Shown piece after piece: positions 1 to 9,354 of a DNA stretch of 64,000 nt (positions within the stretch are counted from its first letter, which is position 1; each line of letters begins with the position of its first letter). The stretch comes from Anaerolineales bacterium (GTDB taxonomy: Bacteria > Chloroflexota > Anaerolineae > Anaerolineales > E44-bin32). The notes under the pieces are model-generated. The model did not search any database and was not told the DNA's origin. It saw only the letters and a program-made list of their open reading frames with translations. The stretch lies in assembly GCA_036477195.1 (NCBI GenBank), contig JAZGCZ010000033.1:3357-67356 (forward strand). The letters run 5' to 3'. Made by a program: the position numbers and the translations under genes.

Positions 1-432
1 CATGGCCCGCAACACCGCCTTAAGCTGTACCAACATCAGTTCATCGGTACGCTGGAGACGCGCGCGAACGGCGGAAAGCAGCTCACGGCTGGTGACTGGC
101 TTGGTAATGTAGTCATCCACTCCAAGCGCCTTGGCCGCGAAGATATCTTCGCGTGTACCCCGGGCGGTTACAAAGATGAAGGGAATCGCCGCTCCGCCAG
201 GACGCTGACGCACGGCCTTATAAAGTTCAATGCCATCCATGCCAGGCATAGAGATATCTGACATGATCAGATCGGGTTTTTGTTGCTGGAGAAGGACCAG
301 CGCGTCGTTTCCATTGGAGGCGGTGCTGACCGCATATCCGGACCTTTCGAGGATATCCCGGAAAGCAATGAGCATCGCAGGATCATCCTCGACGATGAGC
401 AAGGTGGAGCCGTTGACTTGGTTTTCGGTCAT
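1..432 (-). CDS. Response regulator, receiver (REC) domain; the 3' part of the gene lies outside the window
   Basis: My own minus-strand translation from the ATG (complement of cat at 430-432) reads MTENQVNGSTLLIVEDDPAMLIAFRDILERSGYAVSTASNGNDALVLLQQQKPDLIMSDISMPGMDGIELYKAVRQRPGG...DDYITKPV. This has the typical DD / D / T / K receiver pattern. The frame stays open to base 1. The ORF is absent from the track because it is truncated. Confidence 0.8.
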   Translation of the reverse strand, partial: MTENQVNGSTLLIVEDDPAMLIAFRDILERSGYAVSTASNGNDALVLLQQQKPDLIMSDISMPGMDGIELYKAVRQRPGGAAIPFIFVTARGTREDIFAAKALGVDDYITKPVTSRELLSAVRARLQRTDELMLVQLKAVLRAM

Positions 433-580
433 CGCAAGGTAACCCCCGCTGCGGAGCCTCTAATGCTATTAGCTGGCACAATTATTGTCACGACCGAATT
501 TTGGCGCAATATGACGCTGGTCTGTGCCAAAGGTTTATACTCACATTTGCTCTCATAGTTATTGCGTGGAATGATAGACA

Positions 581-1033
581 GTGAGCAAACGGATCATAGC
601 AAGGAACCGGAAAGCCGCTAGGGATTTCGTGCTTGAAGAACGATTTGAAGCAGGAATTTCTTTGCTCGGCTCGGAAATCAAGGCCGTTCGCGCGGGTCAA
701 GTTAGCCTGAGCGAGGCGCATGTCGGCATTGAGTCTGGCGAGGCGTGGTTGCTGAACGCGCATATCGCAGCCTATGAGCCTGCCAGTCAGCGCAATCACG
801 AGCCGCGTCGACCTCGGAAGCTACTTCTCCATCGCCGTGAATTAGATCAAATTGCTTCCAAGGTGAGGCAGCGCGGGTACACACTGATACCCGTACAGAT
901 GTATCTCACCCACGGCCTCGCAAAAGTGGAAATCGCCTTAGCCAAAGGTAAACGCCAATATGACAAGCGGCGTGAGATCGCTGAGCGAGAAGCGCAGCGC
1001 GAAATGCAGCGGGCGCTCCGTCAGAAAAATTGA
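581..1033 (+). CDS. smpB: SsrA-binding protein SmpB
   Basis: 150 aa with a GTG start. The sequence MSKRIIARNRKAARDFVLEERFEAGISLLGSEIKAVRAG... matches the canonical SmpB N-terminus and has a basic C-terminal tail. It lies directly upstream of the tmRNA. Confidence 0.95.
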   Translation: MSKRIIARNRKAARDFVLEERFEAGISLLGSEIKAVRAGQVSLSEAHVGIESGEAWLLNAHIAAYEPASQRNHEPRRPRKLLLHRRELDQIASKVRQRGYTLIPVQMYLTHGLAKVEIALAKGKRQYDKRREIAEREAQREMQRALRQKN

Positions 1034-1369
1034 CGCCCGCTTTATCGCCGCGATCACTTCCAAAATGGCCGGTCTCTTGTAGACGCACAGCGTCAGCCGC
1101 CCGCAATATTCAGATACCGTGAACCTTTGATACTTGCATTCCAATCGATTTCACCCCGCAATTTGCATTTCGTATCCGACTCTGATTTTGCAGGTCACCA
1201 CTCAGCACCCGGAATTCCGCCGCTGAATGTTATGTAAATTGCGCATAGCCTTGTTTGTCATTTGTGAAAAATTGCAAGACACATGAATGGCGATTGATAT
1301 GGCTATGCGCATTAATTTGCTTCTCTAAACCCCCACCCCTCAGGCAACCGACCGCGTTGTTTACCTGCA

Positions 1370-1378
1370 TGATATACT
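1370..1378 (+). promoter_or_regulatory. Candidate extended -10 promoter (TGaTATACT) for ssrA
   Basis: TG at 1370-1371 and TATACT at 1373-1378, 8 nt before the mature tmRNA 5' end. I found no convincing -35 element. Confidence 0.3.
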
Positions 1379-1386
1379 CGAAATCC

Positions 1387-1787
1387 GGGGATGATCGGCA
1401 TCGACGAAGGGAGCTGGAACCTGGTTGCAAGCCGAGAGGCGCCGAGCTCGTAAAATCAGCGCAACTAAAAAGTGCCAATCGCACAAACTACGCGGCTCTG
1501 CCGCTGGCTGCCTAAAAACGGCTAGATAGTAGAGCTCGCCCTTGAAAACAGGGCACGCCTCCCGCAACCGCCCTCGACCGGGTGCGGTGTAGGCGGCAAA
1601 AAGCCGAGGTGCCGCAGGGGATGCCCCTAAACCTGCGAAAGATGGACTTTCGGGTCCAAGTGGCTGGCCTAAGGTGAGCCCTTCCGGCCGGGCTCCTGGT
1701 GGCGAGATCACAATAGACCGGCCAAGCTTGTAGAAGCCTGGTTTCCTAAGCCTTCGGACGCGGGTTCGATTCCCGCCATCTCCACCA
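1387..1787 (+). ncRNA. ssrA: tmRNA (SsrA), one-piece
   Basis: The 5' GGGGAUG pairs with the 3' CAUCUCC followed by ACCA, including the G3:U pair. The T-arm is GGACGCGGGTTCGATTCCCGCC. The tag reading frame at 1474..1515 (GCC AAT CGC ACA AAC TAC GCG GCT CTG CCG CTG GCT GCC TAA) encodes ANRTNYAALPLAA*. Confidence 0.92.
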
Positions 1788-1796
1788 AAAAGTGAA

Positions 1797-1829
1797 GAGA
1801 GCGTCTGAGCGAAATTCTCGGACGCTCTC
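1797..1829 (-). terminator. Hairpin terminator between ssrA and the convergent FHA-regulator gene
   Basis: GAGAGCGTC (1797-1805) pairs with GACGCTCTC (1821-1829), and there are inner pairs as well. On the minus strand the hairpin is followed by a TTCACTTTTT run, which fits termination of the minus-strand gene ending at 1856. There is no T-run on the plus side. Confidence 0.45.
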
Positions 1830-1855
1830 TCGATTCATCATGATCTTAAGCATGT

Positions 1856-2518
1856 CTACACCGGATTATTCAGGCGAAAACCATGCCCGCGCACTGTCAA
1901 AACGTAGCTCTGTTCAGGGTCAAATTCGGTGAGACGCTCGCGCAATCTTCTCACCAATGCATCAATGGCCTGTTCAGATACGCCCTCGCCCACCGAATCC
2001 GGCCATACGTTCTCTACAATTTGATCGCGTGTGACTACTCGCTCGGGATTATCGTACATTAGTGCCAATAATCTGAATTGGGGTGGAGAGAGCGGGGGTT
2101 CAATCTCTGCCTCCCCCACCCAGACCCGGTGTGCCTCAGGGTTCATGCGCAACCTTCCGAGTCCCAGCCGCGAAAGGTTGGTGGACTCGAGTGGAATGGT
2201 GGCCTCGATCCCTACGTAGATAAGCTTCATCGCCAGCGCGATTTGAATCTCGTCACCGTCCTGGAGCAGGACCCCATTTGTAACCTCTATACCGTTCAGG
2301 TGGGTCCCGTTCTTGCTGCCGAGGTCTTCCAGCAAATACCCACGATCTGTGCGGCGGATTCGCGCATGGTGCCTCGAAACCTGACGGTCCGGCACGACCA
2401 GTCCACTGTCCTTGCCGCGACCGATGATCAGCTCATCTGAATTGAGTGCCCAACGGCCCCCATCCAATTTGCCGGTGTGGGCTATGAGAACCGGATACTC
2501 GCTTATCTCGTCTTTCAT
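1856..2518 (-). CDS. FHA domain protein fused to an OmpR/PhoB-type winged-helix DNA-binding domain
   Basis: 220 aa. The N-terminal FHA signature is IIGRGKDSGLVVPDRQVSRHHARIRR...YLLEDLGSKNGTHLNG. The C-terminal Trans_reg_C-like segment is LSPPQFRLLALMYDNPERVVTRDQIVENVWPD...AIDALVRRLRERL...VLTVRGHGFRL. Confidence 0.8.
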   Translation of the reverse strand: MKDEISEYPVLIAHTGKLDGGRWALNSDELIIGRGKDSGLVVPDRQVSRHHARIRRTDRGYLLEDLGSKNGTHLNGIEVTNGVLLQDGDEIQIALAMKLIYVGIEATIPLESTNLSRLGLGRLRMNPEAHRVWVGEAEIEPPLSPPQFRLLALMYDNPERVVTRDQIVENVWPDSVGEGVSEQAIDALVRRLRERLTEFDPEQSYVLTVRGHGFRLNNPV

Positions 2519-2546
2519 TGCCTTCTATGAAGCCGAAACCTATAAT
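2518..2546 (+). promoter_or_regulatory. Candidate sigma70-type promoter for the kinase gene
   Basis: TTGCCT (2518-2523), a 17-nt spacer, then TATAAT (2541-2546), all inside the 63-bp divergent intergenic region. The kinase ATG is at 2582. Confidence 0.4.
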
Positions 2547-2581
2547 GACTCAATGGAGAATTCGACCTCGCGCCAAAGCAG

Positions 2582-3544
2582 ATGGTTGCACCCGTAAAGT
2601 CCGGTAGGACGCTTCGCGAACGTTATGTAGTCACCAAGGTAATCGGCCGCGGTGGAATGGGGTCGATCTATCATGCCGAAGATAACCGGCTGTCCGGGCG
2701 CATCTGCGCCATCAAGGAAGTTTATCAGGCAAGCGACCTTCCGGAAGAGATCCGCGCTCAGGGACGAGACCAGTTCTACCGCGAGGCCTCTGTATTGGCG
2801 CAGCTGGATCACCCGAACTTACCGAAGGTGTCAGATTTCTTCACCGAAGATGGGCGTGACTACCTGGTCATGGACTTCGTGCCAGGCGATGACCTGAAAT
2901 CCTTGATGAATGAGGCTCGGCGAAAGTCCAAATTCCTGCCTGTGGCAGATGTCTTAGACTGGGGCCTCCAAATCGCGGACGCATTGGAATATATGCATAG
3001 CCAGGACCCCCCAGTTATTCACCGAGACATCAAACCCAGCAATCTTAAGCTCACTCCTAATGGACTCATCAAACTGGTGGATTTTGGCCTGGTGAAACAG
3101 ATGATTCCAGACGAAATTACGGTAACGGTCATTCAAGGGCGCGGAACGGCCGCCTACACACCGCTTGAACAGTATGGGGGAGACACGGGCCACACGGATG
3201 CCAGAAGCGATGTTTACGCATTCGGCGCCACCCTGTACCACCTCCTGACTAATCGGCCGCCTCTGGAGGCCAAGCAGCGCTTCCTACGCCCCCATGGCCT
3301 CAAATCGCCAAGGGAACTCAATTCCGAAATTGAGCCGGAGCTAGAACAAGCAGTTCTGTGGGCAATGGCGCTTCACCCCGACGAGCGCCCAGACGATGTC
3401 GCCGCCTTTCGCCAAGCATTATCTCGTGGCCGACCAGTGTCTTCGGCAGACTCAAGGTTCGCTCTTGAATCTAGCTTAGATCGATGGCTGGCTGGAGCAG
3501 TGGTAGCGCTACTTCTCGTCGCAATTCTCGCCTCACTTAGGTGA
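2582..3544 (+). CDS. Hanks-type Ser/Thr protein kinase with a C-terminal transmembrane anchor
   Basis: 320 aa. It has the Gly-loop IGRGGMGSIY, AIKEV, the catalytic loop HRDIKPSNLKL, DFGL, and a hydrophobic tail WLAGAVVALLLVAILASL. Confidence 0.9.
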   Translation: MVAPVKSGRTLRERYVVTKVIGRGGMGSIYHAEDNRLSGRICAIKEVYQASDLPEEIRAQGRDQFYREASVLAQLDHPNLPKVSDFFTEDGRDYLVMDFVPGDDLKSLMNEARRKSKFLPVADVLDWGLQIADALEYMHSQDPPVIHRDIKPSNLKLTPNGLIKLVDFGLVKQMIPDEITVTVIQGRGTAAYTPLEQYGGDTGHTDARSDVYAFGATLYHLLTNRPPLEAKQRFLRPHGLKSPRELNSEIEPELEQAVLWAMALHPDERPDDVAAFRQALSRGRPVSSADSRFALESSLDRWLAGAVVALLLVAILASLR

Positions 3545-6283
3545 TCTTCGCCACCACGCATACCCCGCGAGGCTTACAGCGGTAGCAAGCACCACCGCCA
3601 TCGCAACCCCAGAAAAAACCCCCAAGGATTGGATTAGCTCCTGGCTCCCTGGAAATCCCAGGGCAACATAATTGTAGCCAATCAGCCCACCCGACACGAT
3701 CATCAAGCTAATTCGGGTTCGCTTGGGCTCGTCGGGAGCGATCAATACGTAGCCAAGCACAGCGACCGCCACTACAGCTGGTAAGGCAAGACCCAGCTTC
3801 CCAAGGCCGATTGCTGGCGTGGGTTGAGATGGCGTTGTCACGGTCCCTGCAATCGCCTCCGGCGTCGGCGTTTCCTGCTCGGGTGTACTTGTAGGAGCGG
3901 GCGTTCCGGTCGGAACGCTGGTCGGCGTAATCACCGTGACGATTCCCTCCCGAACATTCAGTTGCAATATTTCGGAGAGTCTCGCGGGCTCGCTAATCGC
4001 CTCAATATTCAGTACACCGAGCCTATCAAGGGTCACGAGGACGGCACCCGAACCTCCAACAGTCACGGCGTTGTGTGTTGATACGACTCCATCGCCCTGA
4101 TACGACAACCTGAATTCAACGGGCGTGCCGTCTGGCACAGGATTCGCATTGTGATCATAAATAATGGCGGTACTGACTTCCACCACATCGCCGACGGCAT
4201 ATCCTTGCGACGTTTCTCCCTCTTCGCTCGCGCCGAAGATTGAAAGGCTAATCAGCTGAGCAGGATCCGGCGATGTTGCCTGAATCAGGTCATATCCAAC
4301 ACCCGGTACGCTCACCGGCGAAGATCCTGGGGCCGAGAGCTCCTGGAAAAGCAACCGAGCCGCTACGTCGACGAATGATTTGCTCTTCCCATAGAGCGAG
4401 TAGTAAACATCGATTTTGCTGATATCGGTTGCACTTAGATCGTAAGGGACATCCAGCGAGAAAACTACAACTCGCTTGTTTCTGACCAGATCGGGTCGGT
4501 TATCGAGCAGTCGCTTGAGCGCGCTGGACCCGAATACAGATGGATCCTCCTTAAGTGTCACAAACACGAGCCAGTCTGCAGGACGGATAATTGTTTCTAC
4601 ATCCTCCGGCGAAAGAAGCGGCACAGCCGGAACCGATTGAGGGTCTTCCCCCAAGAATAGCGCTAGGTCGGCCATTGAGAGGGATGTCGAATTCCAAGCC
4701 CCCACCTGGCCAGCCGCTCTGGTTCCATAGAGGGAAAGAATGGTGTCCTCCAACTCTGTGAGCCCAACCCGCTGAAATGAGTCGCACCTTGCACATTGTT
4801 CATGAACGCGAACGTCACTGATAAACACCATACGCTCGCCGATAAGCGGTGGACCACCGATCAAATTTGAGAGTTCGTCTGAGGATGGGCTGAGCAATGT
4901 GGCACCTTCTTGGGCCACCTGCAGAGCGATATTCGACTCACCGATGCCTGCAAGCGCCTCTTCGGGCGGCAGAACGGCCTCGGCATCGAAATTTCCGGCA
5001 TTCAGTCGAAGTTTGAAACGCAGGATCCGCAGCACCGCCTCATCAACTCTTTGGGCGAAGATTTCATCATCACGATATTTCTCGGCGAAGAAATTCAAAG
5101 TGTCCCGCACGGTGGTCAGCTGATCCGGATCCCCATCTGTTACGAATTCGGACAGATATAGCAAATCATTTCCGGCTAAGAAAGCATCCCGCGCGACAAG
5201 ATGGCCACGATAGCTTTGACCAAGGGAATCATAGAACCGGCGCACGGCACCGGAACCTAACGCACCGCTAATTGTCACGCCCCCTCCCTGCCGCCATGCA
5301 GCGAATGGGTCCGACGCCAAAAGCTGACCGAAGGCATCCGGGTCGAGGCCGATGGGACGCGTGGTATCCCTTATGTTCCCTTGGAATCCTTGATATCGAA
5401 TATGGCCCGAAAGAAGACCATCTGCGATTCCCGGATTCTCTCCCGGTGCGGAATCCGTTACTGCAATAAACGGTGCCAGTTCTATCTGCTGCAGCTGAAC
5501 AAGCGATTTTCTGACCGTTGAGGCTTCCTCCTCTATCGGTCGATCGCTGCCGCCCAACCCCGGGAAGTGCTTAGCAATCACTCCGATGCGACCATTGGAG
5601 CCCTCATGGACCCCTTCGATGAACGCCTTGCCCAATAATCCAACCCAGTAGGGATCCCCTCCGAATGACCGTACGCCTATATCGCCGAGATCCAGTTGCC
5701 GTGGATCTTCGAGAACATCGAGAGAGGGCCCGAGCAACATATTGATTCCGACCGCGCTCAATTCCGATCCAATAACCTCTCCCGCTAAATGAGAGAGGGC
5801 CGGGTTCCATGTCGCACCTATCGCCATCTGGGAAGGAGTGGGCGATAAACCCGACATGATCTCGGAGTGTTCCGGGCCATTGCCTTCCTGAATCACCCCT
5901 ACCAACAGCGGCACGTAAACTCCGGGTTCGATCTCAAACTCACCCTCCGCGGGTGGGAGCGAGGCTTCAATCTCGGCGGATTGTAGCGTTCCTATAAGTT
6001 TTCGGAGTTCGGGAAGTGTCGAATCAGGACCGACGAAGTTGTTGTTGCTAGATCGAAGCACAACGCCAGAAATGTGGCTCTGGCGAATCAGATCCAGGAT
6101 TGGATCGTCAGGTTGAAGGCTGGTGCCATCGAATGTTAGGAGAAAAAGCTGACCGACGCGTTCTTCCGGCGTCATTTGCGCGAGCAGCGCTTCGGTATCG
6201 TCGCCCTGAGGCAGCGGGGAAAACGCTGTGCTGCTCGCGATGCCCGCGATGCTCGCGAGCAGCAGGAGAGAAAGGGCTCTCAT
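3533..6283 (-). CDS. Glycoside hydrolase family 3 (NagZ/BglX-like), secreted and membrane-anchored at the C-terminus
   Basis: 916 aa. It has a signal peptide (MRALSLLLLASIAGIASS) and GH3 N-domain motifs (ERVGQLFLL, KHFPGLGGSDRP). A Pro/Thr-rich linker and several C-terminal hydrophobic helices follow. Its 3' end overlaps the convergent kinase gene by 12 nt. Confidence 0.8.
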   Translation of the reverse strand: MRALSLLLLASIAGIASSTAFSPLPQGDDTEALLAQMTPEERVGQLFLLTFDGTSLQPDDPILDLIRQSHISGVVLRSSNNNFVGPDSTLPELRKLIGTLQSAEIEASLPPAEGEFEIEPGVYVPLLVGVIQEGNGPEHSEIMSGLSPTPSQMAIGATWNPALSHLAGEVIGSELSAVGINMLLGPSLDVLEDPRQLDLGDIGVRSFGGDPYWVGLLGKAFIEGVHEGSNGRIGVIAKHFPGLGGSDRPIEEEASTVRKSLVQLQQIELAPFIAVTDSAPGENPGIADGLLSGHIRYQGFQGNIRDTTRPIGLDPDAFGQLLASDPFAAWRQGGGVTISGALGSGAVRRFYDSLGQSYRGHLVARDAFLAGNDLLYLSEFVTDGDPDQLTTVRDTLNFFAEKYRDDEIFAQRVDEAVLRILRFKLRLNAGNFDAEAVLPPEEALAGIGESNIALQVAQEGATLLSPSSDELSNLIGGPPLIGERMVFISDVRVHEQCARCDSFQRVGLTELEDTILSLYGTRAAGQVGAWNSTSLSMADLALFLGEDPQSVPAVPLLSPEDVETIIRPADWLVFVTLKEDPSVFGSSALKRLLDNRPDLVRNKRVVVFSLDVPYDLSATDISKIDVYYSLYGKSKSFVDVAARLLFQELSAPGSSPVSVPGVGYDLIQATSPDPAQLISLSIFGASEEGETSQGYAVGDVVEVSTAIIYDHNANPVPDGTPVEFRLSYQGDGVVSTHNAVTVGGSGAVLVTLDRLGVLNIEAISEPARLSEILQLNVREGIVTVITPTSVPTGTPAPTSTPEQETPTPEAIAGTVTTPSQPTPAIGLGKLGLALPAVVAVAVLGYVLIAPDEPKRTRISLMIVSGGLIGYNYVALGFPGSQELIQSLGVFSGVAMAVVLATAVSLAGYAWWRRSPK

Positions 6284-6331
6284 TACATAACCAGATCGAG
6301 AGCGTGCAATTGGAGGAAATACGGATCAAGG

Positions 6332-7219
6332 TTACGTTTTGACATCCTGTTCAACTATCGCGCGCAGTGCGCTGCGCCGCTGCGAGCCCGAAAGCATCTC
6401 AAGTTCCCGCAAGCCTAACGGGTCAATTTCCACTCTAAGCAGCTCCAACTCTTGCTCGGTAGGCAATGCCGTAGTTTGTAGGTGCTCTGCAATTGCCAGC
6501 TCGAACGCGGTCTTAGCGATTACGCGATCGAGGCTCACCCCCGGATGGAGGTGTGTCAATCGCATGCTGCCATCCAGAAAATCAAATTGACCCAGGTCCG
6601 TAACAAGATACTGAGGCCCCGATCCAGCCCTTCGTTTGGGGCTATGGCCGAGGCCGGAAATGAAATCAAGCTTCTTTGGGAATGCCACTCTCGAATGACG
6701 CGGTACATATAAATTCATCTCGCTCATGAATACCGAGACATCCGGCACGCCGCCAACGCCCGGCATGCGAAGGCGGGGTCTCCGATAATCCTTACCGATG
6801 GAGATATTGTTGGTGTTGCCATGTTGATCGACCTGGCCGGGTCGGAAGAACTCCTTCGGCATCACGGTGGGCAGATAATCTGAAGCGCCTTGTACGAAGC
6901 TGGAGCTCGTGAGCGCCGCCTCGACCCACCGACCCTCCGCATCCGTCAGGCTCATTTGTGGAGGATCGATGGTAATAGACGTAGCAATGGCAGAGGCGAT
7001 ATATATATTGGGCGCGTGGAGCTTGCGAGCCAACAGCGCGGCCGCCGCTCCTAAAGGAGTAGCTAGTCCCAGCGCAACGACTTCGCCATCATTGATCCGC
7101 TGCGCCAGGCATGAGCAGATTAATTCGCCTGCAGAGTAATCCAAATCCGCGGTGGTTTCCAAGTTCCTTGTGAGTGTTCCCATGGCATAAATTAAGATGC
7201 CCCGCCTTGTGCGGGGCAT
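6332..7219 (-). CDS. CoA-transferase family I beta-subunit-like protein (GctB-like)
   Basis: 295 aa. By eye it is collinear with glutaconate CoA-transferase subunit B: QVDQHGNTNNISIGKDYRRPRLRMPGVGG, LVTDLGQFDF, ELELLRVEIDPLG. No alpha subunit lies next to it. Confidence 0.65.
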   Translation of the reverse strand: MPRTRRGILIYAMGTLTRNLETTADLDYSAGELICSCLAQRINDGEVVALGLATPLGAAAALLARKLHAPNIYIASAIATSITIDPPQMSLTDAEGRWVEAALTSSSFVQGASDYLPTVMPKEFFRPGQVDQHGNTNNISIGKDYRRPRLRMPGVGGVPDVSVFMSEMNLYVPRHSRVAFPKKLDFISGLGHSPKRRAGSGPQYLVTDLGQFDFLDGSMRLTHLHPGVSLDRVIAKTAFELAIAEHLQTTALPTEQELELLRVEIDPLGLRELEMLSGSQRRSALRAIVEQDVKT

Positions 7220-7240
7220 GGCGGTTGCGAACTGCGGTAC

Positions 7241-8584
7241 TTATAGCTCCACGAAGTACGCCTCGGAGGCGCGGTCGAGCAATTCCTTGCTCATCGTGGG
7301 CTCAACGTTGAGATAGCGCGAGATGTCCAGGATTTGGTCACAGATGTCCCGCGGATGCGAAGCTCTGAGCTTCCGATTTCGCTTGATATACCATTCCTGA
7401 AGCATATAGGCTAGGCCTCGATCCGAGTAAGGAATGCCTTTCTTTTCCGCCGTACGCTTAAAGATCTCTCTGTATGCTTCGTAGGATGGATCTGCGACCT
7501 CAATCTTATGGCGTAGTCTTCTGAGAAAGGCCTCATCCACCAGATCCTTAGGAGGTAAATTGGTTGAGAACACAACCAGCACATCGAACGGGATCTCAAC
7601 CTTGCGCCCGGTGTGCAACGTCAGGAAATCAATACGGTTTTCCAGCGGCACGATCCATCGATTGAGAAGGTCGCGTGGACGAACCTGCTGCCTGCCAAAG
7701 TCGTCAATGAGAAAGACTCCACCATTCGCCTTTACCTGGAACGGTGCTTCATAAAATTTGTTGACGTCATCGAAAACCAGATCAAGCCCATCCATTGTCA
7801 GCTCACCGCCCGCCACGATGAAAGGCCTGCGGATCTTGACCCAACGTGGATCCGCCTTCAAGGCGCCCGTGCCGGTGCCTCCATTGCCAGTATCTTGATC
7901 CGGCGAAAGCTCATGATTCACCGAATCGTATAGCTTGACCACCTGTCCATCGATGTCGATGGCATACGGGATAGTCATATCCTCCAGCAGCAGCAGTCGT
8001 CCGATGGCGCGCGCAATTGTGGTCTTCCCATTGCCGGGAGGTCCATAGAGGAATATTGATGCTCCGGAATTTACGGCGGGCCCGATCTGATTGAAGGTCG
8101 TTTCAGATAATATGAGCTCGTCGAGCGCCCGCTTCATTCCTCTGGGGTTTACTGTGGGTCTGCTGCGGCTTTGCCGCACGATGGCTTCGTTGTAGACATC
8201 AACCGGAACTGGTGCAGGTCCAGCGTACTGACTCCGCTCCAGCGCCTCCCGCGCGCGGGCAATTCCGGCATCCGTAATAGCGTACTGGTAGGCTCCCTCC
8301 CCGATGCCGACCTGAGCTTTTACTTCTACAAATTTCTCGCGCTTTAGGGCTTCCAATATTAGGTCGATAATTCCGGCATAGGGAAGCGCCATCGCCTCTG
8401 AGACTTTGAAGCCCGTGAGATAACCTCTGAAATAGAGGACCTTGAGCGCCAGGTCCTGCAGCCACAACTGTGATAAACCCGTATCCTCTATCTTATTGAT
8501 GGCAGGAGGAACGTAACGTAAACTGCCTGTGGTCGGCATGTCTGCCGTCCGTATCACACGCGGCGAGGTGCGAGGAAGGGTCAT
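7241..8584 (-). CDS. AAA+ ATPase with an N-terminal helical (possibly winged-helix-like) domain
   Basis: 447 aa. Walker A is FLYGPPGNGKTT, Walker B is GGVFLIDDFGRQ, and there is an AAA lid region. The roughly 130-aa N-terminal domain is of unknown function. Confidence 0.75.
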   Translation of the reverse strand: MTLPRTSPRVIRTADMPTTGSLRYVPPAINKIEDTGLSQLWLQDLALKVLYFRGYLTGFKVSEAMALPYAGIIDLILEALKREKFVEVKAQVGIGEGAYQYAITDAGIARAREALERSQYAGPAPVPVDVYNEAIVRQSRSRPTVNPRGMKRALDELILSETTFNQIGPAVNSGASIFLYGPPGNGKTTIARAIGRLLLLEDMTIPYAIDIDGQVVKLYDSVNHELSPDQDTGNGGTGTGALKADPRWVKIRRPFIVAGGELTMDGLDLVFDDVNKFYEAPFQVKANGGVFLIDDFGRQQVRPRDLLNRWIVPLENRIDFLTLHTGRKVEIPFDVLVVFSTNLPPKDLVDEAFLRRLRHKIEVADPSYEAYREIFKRTAEKKGIPYSDRGLAYMLQEWYIKRNRKLRASHPRDICDQILDISRYLNVEPTMSKELLDRASEAYFVEL

Positions 8585-8651
8585 GCGTCAGATTATATAC
8601 GCCGTAAGAGGCCGGAGCAAATCATCGGTTGTTCCTACTCGCACGGATCTG

Positions 8652-8657
8652 TAAAAT
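8652..8657 (+). promoter_or_regulatory. Candidate -10 box (TAAAAT) placing the TSS at or next to the GT2 start codon
   Basis: The hexamer ends 7 nt before the ATG at 8665. There is no Shine-Dalgarno sequence in between. Confidence 0.3.
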
Positions 8658-8664
8658 ACCATCC

Positions 8665-9351
8665 ATGAGCCTCACATTCCTTCTTCCAGTTTTCAATGAG
8701 CGAGCAACGGTGGAGCAGATCCTCAAAGATATAGAGGATACTGGGCTAGCGGATCGTATTATCGTTGTCGACGACGCTTCCACAGATGGCTCCCGAGAGC
8801 TACTACAAGAGATAGCAGCTCGCAATCCTCTCCTGGAGTTGCACCTACATGACCGAAATCAGGGTAAGGGCGCCGCATTGCGGACTGGATTCAGCAAAGT
8901 GGAGACCGATCTCGTGCTGGTTCAGGATGCGGATCTTGAATACGATCCCCGGGATGTGCCTGGCCTGCTTGTACCCATCGAGGAGGACAAAGCGGATGTA
9001 GTGTATGGCTCCCGTTTTCTTGGCGCACCCCGTAGACCGACGATGTTCTGGCACATGGTGGCAAATAAGCTGCTCACATTGATGACCAATGTACTCTACA
9101 ACACCATTCTTACAGACATGGAAACCGGGTACAAGCTTTTTCGCCGAGAAGTGATTCAAGGCATTACGATCCGGTCCAATCGCTTCGATTTTGAGCCAGA
9201 GATCACCGCTAAGTTACTCAAGAAGAAGGTACGGATTTTCGAAGTCCCAATAACATTTAATCCGCGCGAATATTCGGATGGAAAGAAAATCGGCCTTAGC
9301 GATGCATTTGCTGCCGTATGGGCGTTGTTGAAGTTTCGTTTTATAGATTGA
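8665..9351 (+). CDS. Family 2 glycosyltransferase (polyprenol-phosphate mannosyl/glucosyl-transferase-like)
   Basis: The sequence MSLTFLLPVFNERATVEQIL...VVDDASTDGS...VQDADLEYDP is the typical GT2 DxD architecture. I chose the internal ATG at 8665, where homology begins, over the track TTG at 8629. Confidence 0.85.
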   Translation: MSLTFLLPVFNERATVEQILKDIEDTGLADRIIVVDDASTDGSRELLQEIAARNPLLELHLHDRNQGKGAALRTGFSKVETDLVLVQDADLEYDPRDVPGLLVPIEEDKADVVYGSRFLGAPRRPTMFWHMVANKLLTLMTNVLYNTILTDMETGYKLFRREVIQGITIRSNRFDFEPEITAKLLKKKVRIFEVPITFNPREYSDGKKIGLSDAFAAVWALLKFRFID

Positions 9352-9354
9352 GAA

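Noticed and set aside
1034-1386. A 350-bp AT-richer gap between smpB and ssrA, with recurring AATTGC/GCAATT motifs (1158, 1237, 1270, 1311), as a regulatory array or small RNA.
   Set aside because: The motifs are short and irregularly spaced, and no stable structure or terminator is evident. Only the extended -10 element before ssrA is reported.
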